A DNA stretch of 64,000 nt from the human T2T-CHM13v2.0 reference genome, Homo sapiens: assembly GCF_009914755.1 (NCBI RefSeq), contig NC_060935.1. The stretch is one strand, 5' to 3'. The notes beneath the pieces are model-generated. The model did no database searches and was not told where the DNA came from. It worked only from the letters and a program-made list of their open reading frames with translations. The position numbers were made by a program, and so were the translations under genes. Shown here piece after piece: positions 47,091 to 64,000 of this stretch (within the stretch, counting starts at the first letter, position 1; each line of letters opens with the position of its first letter).

Positions 47091-49389
47091 CTGATGTTTG
47101 TCCTAATGATGACATTTCTTTCTGATATTTAGGGCTACCTTGAAACTTTCTATGCAAGTTTTTTTTTAAAAAAATTGATTGTCTATACAGTAAAGTGATG
47201 ACCAATTTTAACCTCATCTTTCACCCAGTGACATGATCATTATATTAAAGGTCCTTTTAATCTGTTTAACATTTTATTTCTAAATTCTCTTTGAACCTCT
47301 CTTGGAAGAACCTTAACATCTTTATGTAAGAATAACACTCAAACCACCTGAAATAACAAAAGTGGGGATTTTTTTTTAGGGGATCTGTTTGTTCTGGAAT
47401 ACCATGAAAGAAGTCAGCTAATTCAGCAGATTACTAGCTTCAAAGCAGTTCAACTTGACCAACTTGGGAGCCAAAACAGTCTTCATGGTCAGCATACATA
47501 TGTGAATTTAATGACTGGCCTGACAAGTGCATTATAAAAGTTGTAAGTAAGAGAAAAGAAAAAAGTGGGGGCCAACTGTTCATTTTTGATGGAACTCTGG
47601 TTTATGATTGCCAACTTGTTATTTCAACAGTCATAGTTAATGCTTTATGATGTCCTACCTGGCTCAAGTTGCTATTCCCAGTTGGAGTCATTTTTTTCTG
47701 AAACTTGACTTCATTTTCCTTTTCTTTAATGGCTAAGAATTTCAAATGACATTCTAAAATCCAGAGGACTGAACAGGGCATCCTTCAAAAATAGTGTTGT
47801 CAAAACTGACAGAACTCTAAACTCCTACAAGGAATGAAGCATCAAGTCTTCCATCAAGGATTGCTGATTATACGTGGCATCATCACCTCCTGATGATACA
47901 CATTAGTGGAGGGGACCAGTGACCCAGATAATCCAAACATTATTTATTCAATTTTGGAATGCATTTTGTATTTACATTTGATCTTGGGCATATCTTCAGT
48001 TTCTGGAATTGGAAACTGAAACAAAATAATGAAGTCACACTATTTGACTCAAAGAACCAGGAAAAGCAGCCCAGATTCTCTACCTTGAACTTGTCTTCAG
48101 CCCCTTCTGCTTTCAGTTCCATCAGGAGTTGAGGTTTTATTTGCCAGATTAACAACCCAAGTGGAGCTTTTCCTTTTTTAGCCTGCAGTCTTTGAGGCTT
48201 ACATCTTCCATTAAGTAAGGGAGAAAATTGCATATGGAGTGGAAAACCCTTCTAGTGGCTATTAATAGGGCCACACAATGCATAAATAAGGATAAACAGA
48301 TTTTGGATGATCTTAAGTAAGTTACTGCCCTCAGTTTCCTTTCCTTTGCATATGAGCTGATTCTGGTTAGGGTTAAATGAGATGGTGTGGCAAATCATAT
48401 TTAATTCTGTAAAAATGATAGCTTCATTATATTAGCTTTAGGTGGGAAGAAGCTCAACCTCAAGCTAAATCACATGATTAATTATCAATGTATGGGTAAG
48501 AATTAAATATAATCCCACAAGAAAAATATATTTAAACACCTGTGCAGAGTAAAGGAAAAACACCAATGCAACCCAATGAAGACTTACATAAAGTGATATA
48601 TTTAAGAAGTGAAAAATGTCAAAAGGTCAAGACGGAGGAAAACATTTACAAGTGGATGAAACAGATTGCCAAAAAAACTACTGATTTTTCTAACAAAAAG
48701 CCCTAGTTTATTGCCTGCAACATATTCCCTTACATTATCCAAAGTATAACAAACTTGTTTCATTTCAATTACTTGCTACTAGCAAGCAATGTACTGTGTC
48801 ACTTTTGTTTTGTGATCATTTCGTAATACTCCTGGATTACTTATTAATGGTTTGTTTATTTAATTCCTAGGACACAAAAGTGTGCATTATCTGAATGCAA
48901 TGCTTTTAAAAGTCTGTTCAACCCTGTTCAGAACTTCCTTCTAATAGCAATAAATGATGCAGGATTTTTTTTAAATAACAGTGAATATTAACTCTAACTT
49001 GGAAGGTGTTAGGTAGCAATTGTTTTTGACTACACCTTCAGCTTTTGGAAGAAAAAGTAGCATTTCTTTATCTAATTATGTGGGAGTAACTTATGTGTTA
49101 ATCATATACAGTGTTTTTCAATGATTTTATTCCATTTAACCTCAATAATGCTCAGGTTATTAGGGCTTCTTAAATTTTTAGATTATATTTGTTAAATTTT
49201 AAAACTGCAAGATCAGTAACATTTACTTGTAGACTCGCACCAAAAAAAATTACTTCCCAAATATCAAGTTGAAATCATCATACATTAAACATACAATTTC
49301 ATTGTTTATTTTCCCCCATACCAACTTAAGTTAAACTTCTAATCTACCTGAGTTAGGCCAAACAATGGTACTAACTTCTCAAACAATCT

Positions 49390-49570
49390 CAGTGGTTCTC
49401 AAAATTTAGAGTACATAAGACTCCAGGAGAGCTTTTTTAAAAAATGCAGATTCTTGGGCTCAACCATTAGACTGTACTAGTGTGTAAATGCAAAGTTCGG
49501 TTTCAGGATCTCCATTTTTAACCAACACTACAGGCAATTCTGATGCAGGTGGTTCGCAATACACATCTTT
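49390..49570. mobile_element. MER5A hAT MITE
   Basis: cagtggttctcaaa..aaaatgcagattcttggg..ggcaattctgatgcaggtggt. Confidence 0.75.
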
Positions 49571-50533
49571 AGAATCACCAACTTACACCAATGCGTTAAT
49601 TAGACTTGAAAAGGGATTTAGTTGCAATAATGACAGCACAAAACTTATTTTTTTAATGTGCTGTCTGTTAATCCTGATTATAAGCATTATACTAAAACAT
49701 GGAATTGTTCAACATAATGCTGAGAAATTAGGTATACTGCAAAGAGTCATTTTTCTGGTTTGGGGAGTCACTAATTCAAATATTTATTGCACACTTATCA
49801 CATTTGTCCTGCAATGTAACATTTAAAAACTAAACACAAAACTAGATTCTGCTTAGTAAGGATTTATAATCTAGTTAGAGAGGCAAAATATAACCACAGA
49901 GAAGTTAAGTCATGTTAGAGTAAATGACAAAACGGCAAATAAAGAGAAATCAGAGGAGGCACTGATAGGGATTGAAGTGAAAAACAGGCCTTTGCAGGAG
50001 TGCATAGGCAGAAGGAAGGAGGTTAGACAGACCTTGAGGCTGAGTTTTAAAAAGCCAGAGGGGTGATTATACATTGGAGTGATTATATTCTTGGATTGCC
50101 AAAAACACATGACATCTCAGCAATGCATATTTTGCCTCAGAGTTCAGAGATGCCAACTATAATTAAACCCAGATGCATACATAAAGTCACTGCTTAGTAT
50201 AAATGGGGCAAAGCTGTATCTCCAATTTAGATCTTCTCAAACTGTCCAATTTTTTAATGTTAAAAATAGAAGAAAATAAAAACAACCCTCATCCATCGTC
50301 AATATTTACCAGAGAGTAACCACAACTGTGGGAGAAAAAACAAAGAAATTTAGTGTATAGGTATATTTTTAAGAAAAAAAAAAAGAAATATTTTTATTAA
50401 TTAGTTCAAGTTTTGTACTGAAAAAAAGTGCAGAAATTGTGGAGAAATGAATATGCTCATGCCCTTTACAAAGGCCAGAAAATGTAAATGCAAAGCTTAT
50501 GGGGGCAGAATAATATAGCAGGTGGGTAGATCA

Positions 50534-50832
50534 GGCCAGGGTGTGGGGAAATAGGCACTTTGGGAGCCCGAGGCAGGCGGATCACCTGAGGTCAGGAGTT
50601 CAAGACCAGCCTGGTCAACATGGTGAAAACCCGTCTCTAAATAAATACAAAAAAAAAAAAAAATTAGCTGGGCGTGGTGGCACACACCTGTAATCCCAGC
50701 TACTCAGGAGTCTGAGGCAGGAGAATCGCTTGAATCCGGGGGTAGAGGTTGCAGTGAGCTGAGATCGTGCCATTGCACTCCGGCCTGGGTGACAGAGCAA
50801 GACTCGGTCTCAAAAAAAAAAAAAAAAAAAAA
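50534..50832 (+). mobile_element. AluS with a rearranged 5' end
   Basis: ggccagggtgtggggaaataggcactttggg: A-box region deleted or replaced; rest intact; long A tail. Confidence 0.88.
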
Positions 50833-50879
50833 GAACTGTGGCTGAAATACCCCAACATGAATCAAAAATACCAAAAATG

Positions 50880-51390
50880 TGATATTCATTCCAACAAAAT
50901 CTTGTACACAAGCATTCATAGCAGCACTATTCATAATAGTTAAAAGGTAGTAATAGCCAAATGTCCATCAACCTGTAAATGAATAAACAAAACGTGGTAT
51001 ATCCATATAATGAAAGTGTTATTTGGCCATAAAAGGGAATGAAGTACTGACACATGCTACAACGTGGATGAACCTGGGAAACATTATGCTAAGTGAGAGA
51101 GACATAGACAAAAGGTGACATACTGTATGATTGTGTTTATATGAAACATCTAGAATAGATAAACCCATAGAAGCAGAAAGCAGATTGGTGGTTGTCAGGA
51201 GAGCTAGAAGAAATGAAGAACGAGAAGTAACTCTTTGATTGGAATGCAGTTTTATTTTGGAGTGATGAAAAGTTTGGAACTCGATAGTGGTGGTGGTTGC
51301 ACAGCTTTGTGAATGTACTAAATGCCACTGAATTGTTCAATTTGAGAAGGTCAATTTTCTGTTATGTGAATTTCACCTCAATTTAAAAGA
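50880..51390 (+). mobile_element. L1MB (MB7-like) 3' end
   Basis: ttcatagcagcactattcataatag..gaatgtactaaatgccactgaattg..tttcacctcaattt. Confidence 0.85.
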
Positions 51391-52261
51391 AATCTATCTA
51401 CAAAAACAACAAAAGAACTATGGTAAACTAGAAAGGGCATACCTTCCAATAGAGGCATCTACTACCCAGCCTTACCAAGTTCTGCCATATCAGAACGTGG
51501 GCTTGGTGTTGTCAGATCTGATTGTTTAAGAGAGAATGGAAACTCAGATTTTAATGTAAAAACTCCCTATTTTAAATATTGCCAATTAATTCAAAAAATT
51601 TAAAATTATGCCAGTCAATGAAAATACAGGGCTAAGGGCATCCCATGAGCTACCAACTTGCAAACTTGTTATAGTCAATCCCAATTTAAATCAGAATATT
51701 TTTAATTGTCTATAAGCTTATTGTATTTTTTGTGATTTCAAATTCTTAGAGGTGGATTAAGATAATGTGTTTTACTTTAATATGTATAGCTATACACAAA
51801 CATGCACTTATTTTAGATAGATGACGCCATGATATAAAAAAGAAGCTACTTTCTCCCCCAAACAACACCATGAAATTACAGTTCCCTTTCATGTATTTAA
51901 TCTGAAATAATGAATTTTTCTCTGTGGATAATGTTCTGTTGGAAATATTTTAAACACTAGTTCTCTGCTCAGCAAAAGCATTATGTTGAATGAAATGTAG
52001 CCATTCTTGCACATTCATAACCTATCTGACCTTAGCCATGATTATTATTCAGTTTGACTTTAGTTCTGTTTAAGACCTGTAAATAAGTGGAGTGAAGCTC
52101 TTACTTTAAATAAATTCCAGGTATTTATAAGTATGTTTAAATGCTGTCCTACCAAATGACAAGTTATCATGTTAAAATAGAAGAATAACAAGATAGCTAA
52201 CATTTTAAAGAATAAGTAAATAATAAACACCCTTTGAATTTGTATAAATTTGCAGGGCAGC

Positions 52262-52890
52262 TTTTTTTTTAACTTTCATATTAAAATAATTTTGGATTTA
52301 CAAGAGTTGAAAGCATAGTATTGAGATGTCCTCTTCTTTCGTCTTACTCTTAGCTATAACTATGGTTCATTAACATATAACCATTTATAAACATTTATAT
52401 AACTATGATACATTTATCAAAACTAATAAATTTTCATTGGCACAATACCATTAACTACAACCTTATTTGGATTTCTCCACTGTTTCCACTAATGGCCTTA
52501 TGCTATTCCAGGCTCCAATCCAGGACACTGCATTGCATTTAGTTGACTGTTGAAGTCTCCTTTAATCTGTTACAGTTCCTTAGTCTTTTCTTTTAGATCC
52601 TTACAATAGTATCTAGACAAAATATGGTTTTCCATAGTTATTTAGGTCAACTCCTTCTTTCCCCAGCCCCTTCAGAGGAGCTATATTTGTAATAGAGTTA
52701 GATTCATTTGTTACAGTCTGCATTCCATCCTGGATTCTCCTAACATCTTGGGTGTTTTTTTTTTTATTTGCATACAGCAAAAGTCACTTTTGTGTTATAC
52801 AATTCTATGGGTTTTGGAAAATGCAGAGTAAAGCAATCCCATACCGCAGCGCTATTAGACCAGCTTCTCACCTTAAAAAAATCTCCTTGT
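52262..52890 (-). mobile_element. L1MC-like 3' fragment
   Basis: tttccactaatg..ccaatccaggacactgcattgcatttagt. Confidence 0.6.
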
Positions 52891-52944
52891 GCAGTGGGGC
52901 AGCATTTTTATCTAGACCCATATTCCTTTAAAACTCAAATATAC

Positions 52945-53243
52945 AGCCAGACATGGTAGCTCATGCCATTAATCCCAGCACTTTGGGAGGCTGAGGCAGG
53001 AGAACTGGTTGAGGCCAGAAGTTTGAGAACAGCCTGGACAACACGGTGAGAGCCTGTTTCTATTTTAAAAAATACAAAAATTAGCCGGGCATGGCTACAT
53101 GCCTGTAGTCCCAGCTACTCAGGAGACTGAGGTGGGAGGATAGCTTGAGCCCACGAGTTTGAGGTTATAGTGAGCTATTATTGTGCCAGCCTGAGCAACA
53201 GAGCAAGATTCTGTCTCTAAAAAAAATTTAAAAATTAAAAACA
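52945..53243 (+). mobile_element. AluJ
   Basis: gaggtgggaggatagcttgagccc; TSD aaactcaaatata. Confidence 0.9.
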
Positions 53244-54989
53244 AAACTCAAATATATAATTGACCACCGTAATTATTTTTAGACTAATATTCTTTCACAT
53301 TTGCTTTTACTTTTTTTCACTCAAAGTTCATATTCCACATTAAGAAACTTCCATTATTTACAGAACTCTAAAATTCTCTCTTGAAGACATTTCAAGTCTC
53401 AATTACTAATGACATGTATGAATCAACTGAACACATTTTGATCTTAGTATAGTTCCCAACATGTCCTTGTCCATACAGCCATTGCAGAATCATTTCCATG
53501 CTCAACCAAAGAAATTAAAATCAGAAAAATAGGTTAAAAAAAGCTTCATAATAGATTCATAATATGAATCACAATCAAATATAGCATTTTATTGTCCAGT
53601 GTTTGAATTTTCCACATCTTTGCTCTTTTCTAAGGCTGAGATGGACAAAAGTTAACTAATTGTACTTTTTTCCCATAAAAATTTAAGCAATCAGTTTTTC
53701 TATTTGTGCAAGCTAAAAATGTTTTCATTGCTTTCCTAAATTCTTTACTTTGAAAAAGGAAGAAATGAGGGTGAGCCACTTAACAGAAGTGAAAGTCAAA
53801 AGCCAGACAGGTGGAAAGGAGGTAAGTCGTGTTGCTGGTTAAAATTCTGAAGGAGGCCTTTTCAGAAACCAGGCTTGGAGAAGTACAGTGGCCAGCAGTC
53901 CTTAAGTTAGTGACTTGGTTAGTCAGTAGCCACGAATCCAGAAAATGTTCAATTGGCAAGCTGGGCAGTCTTGGAAGCACCAAGAAATACCTCTACTCAG
54001 CCTATTGCTCCCTAGGATAAAGCAAGACGGAGGATTTCTTCTAAGGCCTCCATGGATTTAGACCATCACCTGTCCTTGTGACCCCAGCAAGTTTTGGTAT
54101 CTGACAGTGGAACTGTAAGTACTAATGTGGGAAAACATGGAGAGGTTCGAGGATATTTGGGGTGGTGGTAGAGTGAGCCACGAGAAATCGCATGTAAAAT
54201 TGTATGCGTATGTGTGCTGATGTGCATTTTTCTGAGAACAGCGTCATTAGGGTTCATCAGATTATCAAAAGGTCCTGAGTCCCAAAAAATTTCAGGAACT
54301 ACTTCAGTTTAGGTTATGGCCGAGGCCTTGGGGTCTCCATAAATTTACAAGTCTGATTCCTTAGAGGTTCAGATTATCCCCCAGTGGATGATCCCTCCCA
54401 GAGGATGAGTCACAGCAGAGAGTCACTTTGCAAGAACACGTGCTGTCTGAGCCTCCCCTGGAGTACTGGCCTCACAGGCAATCCCTGCTTTATAAAACAC
54501 CCCTTTCTCTGATTTTTGTGACACTACACTGATTCCCTTTTGCAAATCTTCTGTCTTCTTAACTGGCATCTCTTAATTTCTTCATGTTTCCTGAAGGCAG
54601 GTGTTGTTTAATGATCAGTCTTCTGTGTTTTGTTCTTTTCTTCCTATACTCTCTCCTTTAGAAGCTTCACATACTTTTTCTATTAATTTCTCCAGCATGT
54701 ACTATAATTTCATATTCTAAAATATGCTGGGATATTTCCATTTGGATAGACAGCACTATCTTAAAATTCATTAATTATAAAAAAATCAACTTTGGTGATT
54801 GAACAAAATTCCTTTTAAAAGTCCTTTCCAATATTGATGTTTTATGATTCTAGCTTCTGTTAATCACAATGCCCTTCTCTGAATTACTTAGCTTCAAAAC
54901 CTCAGAGTAAATAAAACCAAAGTATTATAAAATTTTTAAATGTGGAGAACTTAGAGAAAAACAAATCTAGACCCATTACAACAGCTAAT

Positions 54990-56770
54990 TATAGAACAAC
55001 ATAGCAAGATTAATGAGAAAAATACAAAGAGACCTTGATAAAAAAGGGTCCTCAACCCAGCTGGAGTATGGAGTCCAAGGCTTTATTAGAGGTAACCCCT
55101 GAATTGAGACTTATTGGTTACTTTCAAAATTTCAGGTTGCTTTAAGTGACAGCATTGAAGGGGAAAGTAAAAGGTAAGACATTCCATAAAGAGAAGATAT
55201 AAGCAAAGGCCTAAAGGGCGGGAACAATATGGTTTATACTAGAAATGTTCAGAAGTTTGGAGTACATGAAGTAAAATAACAAGGTAAAAATTAGTATAAT
55301 AAAAGATGAGATTAGGGAGACAGGGCTAGATCAAAAGGTGGTGCAGTGCTGTACTCCATTTTAAAGGTTGGGCCCTTAGTGGGCAAGAACATATCAGAAT
55401 GGGGAGAAGGGGACAGAGAGAAAAAGAGGTGGTGGAAAGTATTTTTAAAGTTGCACAGATTAAGTCCTTCTCCATTATTCTTACACTGTCCCCCCAGGGG
55501 CAACATCCCCAAATAGGTTGAAAATCATCATGTACAATACTGAAGGACATAAGGACATGTATTATGCTGGTGAATGCTATGGAGGCAGGAAAAGAGAAAG
55601 GCTTGAGAAGCAATGCTGTATATGTGGGAGCCCTGGAAGAGATGAAAGCACAGCAGTGAAGTGACATGGTCAGATTTGCATTTCTGGGAGGTCACCAGGT
55701 TACTGTAGAGATGATAAATACGAGGGGGATAACATTAGAAGCATCGTGACAAACAGAAACTGGGTGAGTAATCCAAGTGAGAAATGACTAGGGCCTTGGT
55801 AGTAGGAATGCAGAGTCAGACTTGAAAAACATTAAAGGCAGTGGTTTCCAAACTTGTCTGCATGTCATTTGGGAGGTCTTCAAAGAAGCTTGTGATTTAA
55901 TTGATCTGGGTGTGGCCTGGCCTTTGGAATTTTGCCCAGATTATTTTAATGTAGAGGGAATGACTAAGGGTATAAAATCAGTAGAAATCAGTTACTGATT
56001 AGATGCAGGTGAGAATGTGGGACAGGAATCAAGGATAAATGAAACCCCGGGTTTCTAACAAGGGTCACTTGGCAGAGTTGAACCAACAAACAAGTTACCA
56101 GGACCCCACATGGCTGCTGGTCCATGGTGGACATTCGATACATATCTGTTGAAGAGATGAGAAGATGACAGAGAGCAGGTTTTGGGAGAGAAGACAATAA
56201 TTTTAGTGTCATATGCATTGAACTTGAGATATTGATGCTTCCTTCCTATTCCTTGGATCAGTTTCCAAACCCTCCTCCTCTACCCTAGTTCAGGCCCTTG
56301 TATCCTGATATTCAAGATGACTGTCCAAGGCTCCTCTGAATTAACCTCCAACTAGCTCCATGCTGCACACCAATGCCAGACTAATTTTCGTAAAATAGAG
56401 CTTTCATTGGGTCATTTCCCTACTCAAAAATCTTCAATCATATTTAACTACATGACTCCTTAGGCATTTAAAAACCTTAAAATTCATGGTTTTAATGTAC
56501 TTTTCCATCTTATTTCCCACTCATACCCCATGAGATGCTGGTTATTTTTGTCTATTCATAGTTTCCCAAATACATCCTTTACTTCCCTGCCCCTTGAGCC
56601 CTTGGACACTCTCCCTCCAGCCTGCAAGCTCACTGTCTTCCTCTCTGCCAAGTCAAAATCTACCATCTTCCAGCATCCAATGTTGGTTCCTTGGGGCTTC
56701 CCTGACCACTCTTTAAGAAAGTAATTTCCTCCCCTTTTGAAGCCATGTGGCACTGTACATGAAAGCCCTC
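54990..56770. mobile_element. L2 fragments in both orientations with a small MER5-like insert (~55840-55950)
   Basis: gtgacatggtcagatttgcatttc..aatccaagtgagaaatgac; ccctagttcaggcc..gtcatttccctactcaaaaatcttcaat. Confidence 0.55.
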
Positions 56771-57321
56771 TGACATCTAGCATTCCCAAAGATTCTCTGA
56801 AACACATTCATTTTAGTAATCTGAAGAAGAAATGTGAATGTTTTGATCCACTTTCATGCCTGGAAATGCAAAAAAGGAAAACGCAGCCTGGCAGTGGCAC
56901 ACAAAGGTGGTGGTGGTAGAGGGTGGGTGGGTGGCAGTCTGCCCTGGCGGGATGGAATAACTGACATCCCTTAAGTTGCCAGCACATGGTGATCATAAAA
57001 AAGCAGACCACATTTTAGTTGGTTTTATTGTTTTTAAATTCTCTACAGATCAATTACCCCCTTATTGCCTGCTCTCAGGGCAGACCATTCATATTCTACC
57101 GTTACCCAGTATGCCACTGACGGCTGGGAGAACAGGACTGGGGCCCAATCTCTACCTTAGCTCCAGGTTGCAATTGAAAGTGCTTTTAAAATACTGTCAA
57201 GTATATCTCAAAGCAGCATTACATATTCCTTTTCAATAATTTTGTGACACCAAAACTTGAATATTCACTATATAGGAGATGAGACATAGGCTATTGGAAG
57301 TGTGGTGGTGTGGTATTTAAG

Positions 57322-57768
57322 TGTGGTGGCCATGAAAATGGGACTTTGAGATCTACTGTCAGAAACATCATTGCCCGAAGTCCCTAGATGCTGAGCTCTG
57401 AATCTATCACTGTGTTCCAGCTGAGGCCATCCCTCCCCTGTGTGCTCCCAGACAATGACTGAAGACAGTAGGGATTCTAAGGCTCATAACTACAAGAAGT
57501 AGACTCCTCTGATGGACAGTTTTGGTTGGAGGACTCCCACATCAGCCCTGCTGAACTGTTTTTAGAACTGCACTGCAATCTAAGACTTCCTACCCAACTT
57601 TTCTTCCTTCCCTCTCTCCTCCACAGGGATTAGAGTTATATCATGGCCTGATGGCTCTTCTGGCCTCCTCTGGCTCCCTCCCCATTTTCCCTCACAGACT
57701 ATTACCCAGATAATCTCTTGCATGACTAATACTGTCTTACTGTTTCTCAGAGGATCCAATATAACACA
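57322..57768 (+). mobile_element. LTR16C-like (ERVL) solo LTR
   Basis: tgtggtggccatg..tctaagacttcctacccaac..ttctcagaggatcc..aacaca. Confidence 0.7.
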
Positions 57769-58676
57769 CTAAGGTTTTAACTGTTTTAAAATTAATTTTA
57801 ATGAAGCAGGGCAGAGCATCGCCTCACCTGGGAAGTGCAAGGTGTCGGGGGATTTCCTTTTCCTAGCCAAGGGAAGCTGTGAAAGACTGGAAAAACGGGA
57901 CAATCCCGCCCAAATAGTGCACTTTTCATGAGGTCTTAGCGACTGGCAGACAAGGCGATTCTCTCCCGTGCCTGGCTTGGTGGGTCCCATGCCCACGGAG
58001 CCTTGCTCACTGCTAGTGCAGCAGTCTGAGATCAAACTGCAAGGTGGCAGCCTGGCTGGGGGAGGGGCGTTACCATTGCTGAGGCTTGAGTAGGTAAACA
58101 AAGCAGCCAGGAAGCTTGAACTGGGCAGAGCCCACTGCAGTTCAGCAAGGCCTACTATCTCTATAGACTCCACCTCTGTACGCAGGGCATAGCGGAACAA
58201 CAGGCAGCAGACAACTTCTGCAGACTTAAATGTCCCTGTCTGACAGCTCTGAAAAGAGCAATGGTTCTCCCAGCACAGTGTTTGAGCTCTGAGAATGGAC
58301 AGACTGCCTCCTCAAGTGGGTCCCTGACCCCCGTTTAGCCTAACTGGGAGACACCTCTCAATAGGGTCCGACAGATACCTCATATAGGGGGGTACCCCTC
58401 TGGGACAAAGATTCCAGAGGAAGGATCAGGCAGCAATATTTGCTGTTTGGCAATGTTTGCTATTCTGCAGCCTCCGCTGGTGATACCCAGGCAAAAAGGA
58501 TCTGGAGTGGACCTCCAGCAAACTCCAACAGACGTGCAGCTGAGAGACCTGACTGTTAGAAGGAAAACTAACAAACAGAAAGGAATAGCATCAACATCAA
58601 CAAAAAGGACATCTACACCAAAACCCCATCTGTAGGTCACCAACATCAAAGACAAAAGGTAGATAAAACCACAAAG

Positions 58677-60011
<1,335 letters not shown>

Positions 60012-60074
60012 AGACCATTGATGCTATGAAGAAACTGCATCAATTAACGGGCAAAATAACCAGCTAACACTATA

Positions 60075-63887
<3,813 letters not shown>

Positions 63888-64000
63888 ACAATGAGAACAC
63901 TTGGACACAGGGTGGGGAACATCACACACCAGGGCCTGTTGTAGGGTTGGGGGCTGGGAGAGGGATAGCATTAGGAGAAATACCTAATGTAAATGACGAG

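Overview
Human non-coding DNA (intronic or intergenic), AT-rich, with no CpG island and no recognisable host protein-coding exon or RNA gene. The human call rests on an AluYb8/9-lineage insertion. About half or more of the window is interspersed repeat: two nearly full-length but dead L1PA elements (4375-10127 minus, 57801-64000 plus and running off the end), about 19 Alus (including one young AluYb and two AluYd-type), solo LTRs (MER52A, LTR18A, MSTB, MSTC, LTR16, MLT1), and old L1M, L2, L3/CR1, MIR and hAT/mariner fragments. All long ORFs in the track are L1 ORF1/ORF2 pieces or Alu/LTR read-throughs. I cannot support a new multi-gene system. The best non-obvious signals are: (1) a ~158-bp inverted duplication of unique DNA (11199-11356 / 12211-12370) with fold-back junctions; (2) a long polypyrimidine tract ending in CAG|GTAAGA, the form of a recursive splice site (15279-15364); (3) an apparent L1 3' transduction revealed by a TSD enclosing 3948-10126; (4) young, possibly polymorphic Alus and a +/-/+ AluY triplet; (5) a strong CTCF motif and candidate enhancers. 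Repeat subfamily names come from my recollection of consensus sequences, and boundaries of old repeats are approximate.
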